Notes under the pieces: model-generated
The model's input: only the letters and a program-made list of their open reading frames with translations
The model's database searches: none
What the model was told of the DNA's origin: nothing
From: Alphaproteobacteria bacterium
GTDB lineage: Bacteria; Pseudomonadota; Alphaproteobacteria; UBA828
Direction of reading: 5' to 3'
DNA: 64,000 nucleotides
NCBI GenBank assembly: GCA_965221125.1
Contig: CBDCRW010000003.1
Coordinates: 320,001-384,000 of the forward strand
Made by a program: the position numbers and the translations under genes
Shown: positions 18,360 to 26,135 of the stretch, one piece after another
How the letters are laid out: the number at the start of each line of letters is the position of its first letter
Numbering within the stretch: position 1 is the first letter of the stretch

Positions 18360-18545
18360 CGGGTATCGCGGGCGTAAGCCGGGCCGTTCCGCGTCAGTCG
18401 GTGACGATGGGGCTCCGGCCTGTGGCTGTCCAGCCCGCGGCTGTCCGGCCGGCGGCTGGACAACATGCCCGCGCTCGGTGAAACTCGCATCCGACAGCGA
18501 TCCGCGAAATTTTGGGCGGGCGCTCCGCGAGCGGGCGACGGGCGC

Positions 18546-18752
18546 ATGCAGTTCACCATAGAGGTCGAGCGGGAAGAGGACGGGCGCTGGATCGCCGAGA
18601 TCGCCGAGATCCCGGGTGCGATGACGTATGGAACGAGCCGGGGCGAGGCGGTCGCCAGGGTCGAGGCCCTCGCACTCCGGGTCCTGACCGAAAGGATCGA
18701 GGCGGGGGAGCAGCCTGTCGAGCCAATCAGGATCACCTTCGCCGCCGCATGA
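18546..18752 (+). CDS. hicB: HicB-family antitoxin (short)
   Basis: MQFTIEVEREEDGRWIAEIAEIPGAMTYGTSRGEA; ATGA overlap with the hicA remnant. Confidence 0.88.
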   Translation: MQFTIEVEREEDGRWIAEIAEIPGAMTYGTSRGEAVARVEALALRVLTERIEAGEQPVEPIRITFAAA

Positions 18753-18910
18753 GCCGATGGGGCAGCGCACGAGCGCGCCGCGTGCTCACCGCTTTAGAGC
18801 GCATCGGTTGGAAGATCAAGCGCACGTCGGGCTCTCACCGAACCCTGTCGCGAGACGGATATCCTGCGGCGGCCGTCAGCGCTCGGAATCGGTGCGTTCC
18901 TGCGCCGTGA
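18749..18910 (+). pseudogene. hicA: Truncated HicA toxin
   Basis: MSRWGSARARRVLTALERIGWKIKRTSGSHRTLSRDGYP is the HicA N-half with the GSH motif; similarity stops near 18866, and the C-terminal strand and helix are missing. Confidence 0.75.
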
Positions 18911-19271
18911 TCTTGCGCCAGAGCTTCGAGACCCAGCCCCCGCGCCCTTGCGCCGCCTCGCTCGCCTTGGCGCGGCATTCCTCCATCACGTGGGGCGGCG
19001 TGAGGCGATAGGCGAGCCAGAGTGCCACCGCCGCGACGACGAGGTCGTCGAGCATGCCGAGGACGGGAATGACGTCGGGAATCAGGTCGACGGGGCTCGC
19101 GAGGTAGGCCAGAAGGAGGATCAGCACCGCCTTGACGAACCAGGGCGTCTCGCGGTGGCGAAACACCAGCCAGAGGGTGTGGACCTCCAGCGCGAGCCGC
19201 CGCGCGAGGCGGTCGAGGAAGGCGATGAGCCCCTCCCCCGCGCCGGCGGATTTGGGCTCATCCGGCGCCAC
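18876..19271 (-). CDS. DUF1232/YkvA-family membrane protein
   Basis: TPWFVKAVLILLLAYLASPVDLIPDVIPVLGMLDDL. Confidence 0.9.
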   Translation of the reverse strand: MAPDEPKSAGAGEGLIAFLDRLARRLALEVHTLWLVFRHRETPWFVKAVLILLLAYLASPVDLIPDVIPVLGMLDDLVVAAVALWLAYRLTPPHVMEECRAKASEAAQGRGGWVSKLWRKITAQERTDSER

Positions 19272-19848
19272 GGACTGGGTCGAAGGGCTCCCGGCTCTTC
19301 AGCAGCACGTAGAGCGCGCCGGCGCCGCCGCTGCTCTCGGGCGCGTTGGTGATGGCGACGATGTGCCGCCGCAGCGCCGGCTCGTTGAGCCAGCGCGGCA
19401 CCATCTGGCGCAGCACGCCGCCGCGTCCGCTCGCGACCGAGCCCTTGCCGGTGATGACCAGCACGCAGCGCCGCCGCGCCATGCGGGACTCCTGGACGAA
19501 GTCTCGGAGCGCGTCGTGCGCCTGCTCCTGCGTCCTGCCGTGGAGGTCGAGCCGCGCCTCGACCGGGAGCTGCCCGCGCTTCAGCCGCCGCGCCGTGCGC
19601 CGGTCGAGCCCGGCGGGGGTGACGGGATCGAGGTCGGGGAGCGGCGGGCGGGGCGGCGCCGGGGCGGCCTTGGGCGCGGCACGGACGCGGGCCTTGAGCT
19701 TCTTCGGCGGTGGCGGGGGCGCCTCCTCCTCCGGCTCGGCCGTCTCTTCCAATGCCACGGCGCCGCGCGGCAGCGGCGTCACGTCGCGCGCGATGCGCTG
19801 CCACAGCGCGGCCTCTTCGTCCCGTATGCGCCGACCGCCCGCGCTCAC
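19258..19848 (-). CDS. Smr/MutS2 C-terminal domain protein
   Basis: GTGA overlap with the lutC stop; EEAALW, ARLDLHGRTQEQAH, VLVITGKG, GGAGALYVLL. Confidence 0.9.
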   Translation of the reverse strand: MSAGGRRIRDEEAALWQRIARDVTPLPRGAVALEETAEPEEEAPPPPPKKLKARVRAAPKAAPAPPRPPLPDLDPVTPAGLDRRTARRLKRGQLPVEARLDLHGRTQEQAHDALRDFVQESRMARRRCVLVITGKGSVASGRGGVLRQMVPRWLNEPALRRHIVAITNAPESSGGAGALYVLLKSREPFDPVRGAG

Positions 19849-20552
19849 GGCGCGACGCCTTCCACGATGACGATGTGCAGCCGGCGCGGCCCGTGGGCGC
19901 CGAGGGTGATGGTCTGCTCGATGTCGGCAGTGCGCGACGGACCGGTGACGAGGTTGACCGTGCGCGGCATGAAGTTGCCGCCCGTCCCGGCCGCCGCCGC
20001 TTCGGCCCGCAGCTTCGCCCAGCCCTCCTCGTAGGCGCCGCCGATGCGCTCCGCCGGCAGCACAACGACGTGGGTCTCGGGCAGGAAGTTGAGGGTGGAG
20101 GGATGGTTCGGGCCGGAGGCCATCATCAGCGTCCCGGTCTCGGCGAAGCCCATGAGGGCGCCTGTCACGGCGACCCGGTCGGCCTCTTCCGCCGCGCCCC
20201 TGCGGATGGCGAGCAGGGGGCGGTCCGCCCACGGGTAGTCGTCGAGCGCGGGATCGGGCGCCATCACCAGCGACGGCGGCAGGTTCTGGCCCGCCAGGTA
20301 ATCGGCGACCGCGCCCGGCACCGCATCCGCGCCGGAGACGCGCGCCACGGTCGCGAACACCGCCTCGGCCATGGACGTGAAGAGCGCGATCCTCTCGTCC
20401 TGCGAGATGTCGGAGCGCGCGGGCACGATGTTGGGCGCGGGCGCGGCGAGCTTCTCGTCGAGCGCGGCGCGCGCCGTCTCGCCCAAAGGCCCGCGGCCGA
20501 GCGAGCGGCGGATCGAGCCGAGGATGGCGTCACGTCTCTCCGCCCCGCTCAT
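19845..20552 (-). CDS. lutC: L-lactate utilisation protein C (LUD domain)
   Basis: AETGTL, LPETHVVVL, LVTGPSRTADIEQTITLGAHGPRRLH. Confidence 0.9.
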   Translation of the reverse strand: MSGAERRDAILGSIRRSLGRGPLGETARAALDEKLAAPAPNIVPARSDISQDERIALFTSMAEAVFATVARVSGADAVPGAVADYLAGQNLPPSLVMAPDPALDDYPWADRPLLAIRRGAAEEADRVAVTGALMGFAETGTLMMASGPNHPSTLNFLPETHVVVLPAERIGGAYEEGWAKLRAEAAAAGTGGNFMPRTVNLVTGPSRTADIEQTITLGAHGPRRLHIVIVEGVAP

Positions 20553-21967
20553 GCCCGCCGCCCCTTGCGCCAGAGCGCATGGAAGGTCGCCCCCTCGGGC
20601 GCCGGCAGGTCGCGCGCGGCGGTCCACCCGCCGGCCAGCGGAAGCTGCGTGAAGCGCCCGCGGCGCCGGCCAAGCAAGCCCAGCACGCGGATGCCGACGC
20701 CGGTGGCGAGACGGTAGAGCGCAGGCCGGCGGACGAGCCAGGCCCAGGCGCCGATTCCCGCGCGGACGCTGGCCGGCCCGATCCTGCTCCGGAACTCCTG
20801 CTCCCGAAGCGTGCGCATCAACGCCGGCAAGGGAATCCGCATGGGGCAGACCTCCTCGCAGCGGCCACAAAAGCTCGATGCGTTGGGCAGGTGCCGCGCC
20901 TCCTCCAGGCCGATCAGGTTGGGCGTCAGCACCGCGCCCACCGGCCCCGGATAGACCCAGCCGTAGGCGTGCCCGCCCACCGTGCCGTACACCGGGCAGT
21001 GGTTCATGCAGGCGCCGCACTTGATGCAGCGGAGCACGTCGCGGAACTCGGAGCCCAGCATCCGCGAGCGGCCGTTGTCGAGCAGCACGACGTGATAGGC
21101 CTCTGGCCCGTCGGCATCGCCGGGCCGGCGCGGGCCGGTCGAGACGGTCGTGTAGGTGGAGAACTCCTGCCCCGTCGCCGAGCGCGCGAGCACGCGCATG
21201 ATCGTGGTCGCGTCCTCCAGTGTCGGCACGACCTTCTCCAGCGTCGCGATCACGATGTGGACGCGCGGCAGGATCTGGGTAAGGTCGGCGTTGCCTTCGT
21301 TGGTCACGACCGCGCTGGACCCGGTCTCGGCGATGAGGAAGTTCGCGCCGGTGATCCCGACGTCGGCCGCGAGGTAGCGCGGGCGCAGCACGTGCCGCGC
21401 TTCCTCCACCAGCTCCTCGACCCGGTCGAGGCGGCGGGTGAGACCCAACGGCGTGTGCTTCTCGTGGAAGAGGTCGGCGACCTGATCCTTGGTCTTGTGC
21501 ACCGCCGGCGCGATGATGTGGCTCGGCCGCTCGTCAGCGAGCTGCACCACGTATTCGCCGAGATCGGTCTCGATCGGCTCGATGCCATGCTCCTCGAGGA
21601 AGGGATTGAGCTCCATTTCCTCGGCGATCATGGACTTGCTCTTGGTCACGGTCCTCGCGCCGGCCTCCTGGCAGAGCGAGAGGATCGCCTGGCGCGCATC
21701 GGCCGGCGTCCGGCACCAGTGCACGGTGCCGCCCGCCGCCGTCACCTGCGCCTCGTAGCGCTCCAGGTAATGGTCGAGATGGGCGAGCGCGTGGTCCTTG
21801 ATGGCCCGCGCCTGGTCGCGCAGCGCCTCGAACTCCGGCAGGCGCTCCGCAGCTTGCGCCCGCTTGACCTGAAAGCCGCCCTGGAAGCGGGCGAGCGAGC
21901 GCTGCAGGTCGGCGTCCTGCAGGCCGACGCGCGCGTTGGCGACGAAGGCCCGGCTGCTCGTCTCCAT
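20549..21967 (-). CDS. lutB: L-lactate utilisation Fe-S protein B
   Basis: ETDLGEY, PSHIIAPA, NEGNAD, CIKCGACMNHCPVY, CGRCEEVCP. Confidence 0.93.
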   Translation of the reverse strand: METSSRAFVANARVGLQDADLQRSLARFQGGFQVKRAQAAERLPEFEALRDQARAIKDHALAHLDHYLERYEAQVTAAGGTVHWCRTPADARQAILSLCQEAGARTVTKSKSMIAEEMELNPFLEEHGIEPIETDLGEYVVQLADERPSHIIAPAVHKTKDQVADLFHEKHTPLGLTRRLDRVEELVEEARHVLRPRYLAADVGITGANFLIAETGSSAVVTNEGNADLTQILPRVHIVIATLEKVVPTLEDATTIMRVLARSATGQEFSTYTTVSTGPRRPGDADGPEAYHVVLLDNGRSRMLGSEFRDVLRCIKCGACMNHCPVYGTVGGHAYGWVYPGPVGAVLTPNLIGLEEARHLPNASSFCGRCEEVCPMRIPLPALMRTLREQEFRSRIGPASVRAGIGAWAWLVRRPALYRLATGVGIRVLGLLGRRRGRFTQLPLAGGWTAARDLPAPEGATFHALWRKGRRA

Positions 21968-21989
21968 CGCTGGGCGCCCTCCCCGGCCC

Positions 21990-22763
21990 TCAGCGGCGCC
22001 CTGCCGGCTCGCCAATCGCCGGGCGGTCGTCCATGCCGGCCAGCACCTCGGCGACGTGGCGCGCCTTCACGTCCGAGCCCTCGCGGCTGAGCCGGCCCGC
22101 GATGTTGAGCAGGCAGCCCATGTCGCCGGCAAGCACCGTGTCCGCGCCGGTCGCCGCGATGTCCTTCGCCTTGTCCGCCACCATGCGGCCCGAGATATCG
22201 GGGTACTTGACGCAGAACGTGCCGCCGAAGCCGCAGCAGACATCGGGCGCCGAAAGCTCGGCCAGCGCCAGCCCGTCGACCGTGCCGAGCAGGCGGCGCG
22301 GCTGCGCCCGCACTCCCATCTCGCGCAGGCTCGAACATGAATCGTGGTAGGTGACCGTGCCCTCGTGGCGCGCCTCGACCGCGTCGACGCCGCACTCGTC
22401 GACGAGGAACGACAGCAGCTCGAAGGTGCGCACGGCGAGGCGCTCGGCGCGGGGCTCCCACTCCGAATCGCCCGCGAAGAGCGCCGGGTAGTGCCGCTTG
22501 ATCATGCCGGCGCAGGAGCCGGACGGCGCCACCGTCGCATCGAAGGGCTCGAAGGCGGCGATCACGTCACGCGCAATCGCCTTCGTATCGGCGCGGTCGC
22601 CCGAGTTGTAGGCCGGCTGGCCGCAGCAGACCTGCGCCGCCGGCACCACCACCTCGCACCCGGCGCGCTCCAGCAGCGCTGCCGCGGCGAAGCCCACGGT
22701 CGGCCGGAAGAGGTCGACGAGGCATGTCACGAAGAGGCCGACCCGGCGGCGTGCTGCGGGCAT
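21990..22763 (-). CDS. lutA: L-lactate utilisation protein A (CCG domains)
   Basis: LFVTCLVD, QVCCGQPAYNSG, YHDSC, CCGFGGTF, DMGCLLNI. Confidence 0.93.
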   Translation of the reverse strand: MPAARRRVGLFVTCLVDLFRPTVGFAAAALLERAGCEVVVPAAQVCCGQPAYNSGDRADTKAIARDVIAAFEPFDATVAPSGSCAGMIKRHYPALFAGDSEWEPRAERLAVRTFELLSFLVDECGVDAVEARHEGTVTYHDSCSSLREMGVRAQPRRLLGTVDGLALAELSAPDVCCGFGGTFCVKYPDISGRMVADKAKDIAATGADTVLAGDMGCLLNIAGRLSREGSDVKARHVAEVLAGMDDRPAIGEPAGRR

Positions 22764-22798
22764 GGACGGCTCGGGATCGTGGGAAACGGACCGGGAGG

Positions 22799-24010
22799 TT
22801 AGTCCAGGTGCGCCGCCACGTCGAGACCGCGCGGCAGGAGCAGCCAGTAGCGCCCCGCGTGCTTCATGCGGCCCGCGACCACGCCGGCCGCATCGCCGGT
22901 GCCCCAGTAGACGTCGCCGCGCACCGGGCCGCGGATCGCGCTGCCCGTGTCCTGCGCCACCATGAGGCGGCGGATCGGGCGATCCGCCTCGGCGGGATCG
23001 GGGTCGGGCGCAGCGGTCTCCAGCCAGATCGGCACGGTCATCGGCACGAAGCGGCGGTCCACGGCGAGCGAGCGCCCGGCGGTGAGCGTCACACCCTGGG
23101 CGCCGACGGGGCCGTCCGCCGCCTGCTCCTTCCCGAGCCAGCGGAAGAAGACATAGGACGCGTTCTCGCGCATGACCTCGGGCGCCTTCTCGGGGTTCGC
23201 CGCCAGCCAGTCGCGGATCGCCGGCATCGAGACATCCTCGGGGCCGAACGCGCCGAGCGCCACGAGCCGCCGGCCGATCGCGTAGTAGTTGTGGCCGTTG
23301 GTGGCGGCATAGGCGACGCGGCGCGCCGTTCCGTCCTCGAAGGCGATGCGGCCCGAGCCCTGGATGTGCAGGAAGAAGGCATCGACGGGATCGTCGACCC
23401 AGGCGAGCTCCAGCCCCTGCTCGGCCAGCGCGCCGGTGTCTATCTCCGCCCGCGTCGCATAGGGCTCCAGCGCGCCGCCCGCCACCCGCCCGGCGATCCG
23501 CTCGCCGGCAAGCTCGGACCGAAAGCGGCCGAGATCGACCGATACCAGGTCCGGCGGGCGAGCATAGAGGGGAACGCGGTAAGGCCCGCCTTGCCGCAGG
23601 GCGCCCCGCAGCTCGGGCTCGAAGTAGCCTGTGAACAGGCCCTCGGCGTCCGCGTTGTTGCGGACCGCGTAGGGTGTGAAGCGGGCCTCGAAGAAGGCGC
23701 GGGCAGCGGCATCGTCGGCCAGACCCGCCGCATCGGCGCAGACCGCGCGCCACTCGCCCACGCGCCCGCCGAGCGGTGCAATGTCGAGCGGCTCATCGTC
23801 GGCACGTTCTTCCAGACCGGCGCACGAGCGCTTCAGCGCCCGCAGAGCCGCCCCCTGGTCGTCGGCCTCCCAACCCGGCAGGTCCGCAAACGCGACCGCC
23901 CGCAGCACGAGCCGGTCCGGCTCCTCTGGTCCGGGTTGGGGGGCGCAGGCCTGCACGAGCATCACAGCAACCGCCAGCAGCCATGGCCAGCGGCGGATTG
24001 CGGCCCTCAA
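22799..24010 (-). CDS. mltA: Membrane-bound lytic murein transglycosylase A
   Basis: Lipobox VQAC; LFTGYFEP, FLHIQGSG, SYVFF, AQDTGSAIRGPVRGDVYWG. Confidence 0.93.
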   Translation of the reverse strand: MRAAIRRWPWLLAVAVMLVQACAPQPGPEEPDRLVLRAVAFADLPGWEADDQGAALRALKRSCAGLEERADDEPLDIAPLGGRVGEWRAVCADAAGLADDAAARAFFEARFTPYAVRNNADAEGLFTGYFEPELRGALRQGGPYRVPLYARPPDLVSVDLGRFRSELAGERIAGRVAGGALEPYATRAEIDTGALAEQGLELAWVDDPVDAFFLHIQGSGRIAFEDGTARRVAYAATNGHNYYAIGRRLVALGAFGPEDVSMPAIRDWLAANPEKAPEVMRENASYVFFRWLGKEQAADGPVGAQGVTLTAGRSLAVDRRFVPMTVPIWLETAAPDPDPAEADRPIRRLMVAQDTGSAIRGPVRGDVYWGTGDAAGVVAGRMKHAGRYWLLLPRGLDVAAHLD

Positions 24011-24786
24011 TTGGGGATGCTGGTCTCGATCAGCGCCCAGTTGGGATCCGACGAGCGGGTGTTGCGCGCGAAGGTCCAGATATCGGTGACCCGCTCGATC
24101 AGGCTGGAGTCGCCGCCGACCTCCTCGCCTTCCTTGTCGCGGACCACGTTGATCTGCTGGCTCACGAACTTCACCGTCACCCGGGCGGTGCTGGAGCGCA
24201 TCTCGGCGCTGATGATCTCGGCCGCATCGAGGGCGACGATGGTCGTCTCCTGCACGTGGCCGTCGGCCATGCGCTCGCGGATGGCGGCCGCGAACTCGTC
24301 ATAGACGTCGTCGCCAAGCAGGGGCCGGAGCGTCGCCGTGTCGCCCTTGGCGAAGGCGTCCACCACCATCTCGAAGGCCGCCTGCGCGCCCTGGGCGAAG
24401 CGGCGCGGCGAGAACTCGTGGTCCGCCCGCCTGATCTGCTCGAGGCCGGCCCTGAGGCCGCTCACCGCATCGTCCCGCTCGGACTCGGCCTCTCTCCGCT
24501 CGGCACGCATCGGCCGCGGCGCTGCCGGCTCCGTCGCCATGTCCTCCGGCGGCACGTCCTGCGGCGCCTCGGGCGCGGGCCTGGTGCGGTCCGGCAGATG
24601 AACGATCTCGCCCTGCGGCTGGGCCTGGCTCTCCTCGGGCGCCTTCTCCGTCCGCGCGAAGCGGTCGGCATGGCGCTGGCGCTGCTGGCCGGTCCTGCGC
24701 CCGAGCACGCCGCGCAAGCGCAGGATGATGAAGATCGCGATCAGCGCGAAGAAAATGATGTCGTAGAATTGAAATCCGTCGGACAT
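24007..24786 (-). CDS. Tim44/TimA family adaptor protein
   Basis: DIIFFALIAIFIILRLRGVLGRRTG; DIWTFARNTRSSDPNWALIET; usual neighbour of mltA and fxsA. Confidence 0.9.
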   Translation of the reverse strand: MSDGFQFYDIIFFALIAIFIILRLRGVLGRRTGQQRQRHADRFARTEKAPEESQAQPQGEIVHLPDRTRPAPEAPQDVPPEDMATEPAAPRPMRAERREAESERDDAVSGLRAGLEQIRRADHEFSPRRFAQGAQAAFEMVVDAFAKGDTATLRPLLGDDVYDEFAAAIRERMADGHVQETTIVALDAAEIISAEMRSSTARVTVKFVSQQINVVRDKEGEEVGGDSSLIERVTDIWTFARNTRSSDPNWALIETSIPN

Positions 24787-24988
24787 GTTCCGAACCTTGT
24801 GGGCAGGCGGCGTTCCGTCGCACAATGGCCACTGAATACGGCCACCGAATCCCAGGCCCTCCGTCTGCGGCGCTTGCCGGCAACCCCCGGCGCAGGCGCC
24901 GGTTCCGCCGAAGCCCGGCGCGGGGAGCCGACACGGCTCAACATAGGTAGAGCGCCGCGCGAGCGCAAGCACGGAGCACATCTCTTCG

Positions 24989-25477
24989 ATGCCCTTTGTC
25001 CTGCTCCTGTTGGCGGTTCCCGTCGGCGAGGTCTTCATCTTCCTCGAAGTCGGGGGCGTCATCGGCACATGGCCGACGATCGGGCTGATCGTCGGCACCG
25101 CCGTGATCGGCGGCGTGATCCTGCGCTGGCAGGGCCTGCAGACGCTCGCCCGCGCCCGCCGGCAGCTCGCCGCGAACCGGCTGCCGGTGGCGGAGATGGC
25201 GGAAGGCGCCGCGCTCGCGCTGGCCGCCGTGCTGTTGCTCACGCCCGGCTTCTTCACCGATGCGCTGGGAACGCTGCTGCTGTTCCCGCCGCTCCGCCGC
25301 AGTCTGCTGCGCCGGCTGATTGCCCGGCTCGCGCCCCATGCCCGCCAGGCCGGCCCCGGTGCCGGCCCTGCGTCGGGCGGCGACGGCTCGCGGGTCATCG
25401 ACGGCGAATACACAGTGCTCGACGACGCGCCCGAGCCCGGCCCCCCAAGCGCGCGGCCCCACGGAGGAAATCGATGA
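24989..25477 (+). CDS. fxsA: FxsA family membrane protein
   Basis: LLLTPGFFTDALG, VIDGEY. Confidence 0.9.
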   Translation: MPFVLLLLAVPVGEVFIFLEVGGVIGTWPTIGLIVGTAVIGGVILRWQGLQTLARARRQLAANRLPVAEMAEGAALALAAVLLLTPGFFTDALGTLLLFPPLRRSLLRRLIARLAPHARQAGPGAGPASGGDGSRVIDGEYTVLDDAPEPGPPSARPHGGNR

Positions 25478-26064
25478 CGGCTGACGAGACCGGCACGGAG
25501 ACACCACCCACACCGGTGCCTTCCGGCAACGGCGGCAACGGCGCGGACCAGGCCGCCCAAGGGGCCGCCCAGGGGGCTGCCGAGCAGGCGCAGGACACGC
25601 GCCCGCAGCTCGGCATCAGGACCCAGTACATCAAGGATCTCTCGTTCGAGAACCCGTCGGCCGCAGAGCGGCCCCCGGAAGCCGAGCGCTCGCCCGACAT
25701 CCAGGTCAACGTGCAGGTGGCCGTGCGCAGGCTGGAGGCGCCGAACTTCGAGGTCACGCTGCAGATCACGGCCAACGCGAAGTACCAGGAGAAGCCCGTC
25801 TTCCTGGTGGAGCTGACCTATGCCGGGGTCTTCACGCTCATCGGCATCCCGCAGGAGGCGCTGGAGCCGACGCTGCTGGTCGAATGCCCGCGCCTGCTCT
25901 TCCCCTTCGCCCGGCGCATCGTCGCCGACGTCACCCGCGACGGCGGCTTCCCGCCGCTGCTGCTGGGCCCGATCGACTTCCTCGCCCTCTATCGCAACGG
26001 CCAGGCGCAGGCCGCGCAGGCCCAGGCAGGACAGGGCCAGCCTCCCGGCGGAGGAGCAGCGTAA
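25474..26064 (+). CDS. secB: Protein-export chaperone SecB
   Basis: QYIKDLSFENP, LLVECPRLLFPFAR, GGFPPLLLGPIDFLALY; GGAGG RBS; ATGA overlap with fxsA. Confidence 0.96.
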   Translation: MTADETGTETPPTPVPSGNGGNGADQAAQGAAQGAAEQAQDTRPQLGIRTQYIKDLSFENPSAAERPPEAERSPDIQVNVQVAVRRLEAPNFEVTLQITANAKYQEKPVFLVELTYAGVFTLIGIPQEALEPTLLVECPRLLFPFARRIVADVTRDGGFPPLLLGPIDFLALYRNGQAQAAQAQAGQGQPPGGGAA

Positions 26065-26135
26065 GTCACGCGGCGCCGCATTCGCCGCGGGCCGCTATCG
26101 CGGCCTACCGCGCGTCCGTCTCACTCTGACGCGCG

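Noticed and set aside
25550-25590. Short tandem repeats in the secB N-terminus (AAQG units), and similar ones in the tatB and Tim44 linkers
   Set aside because: Ordinary low-complexity linker sequence.
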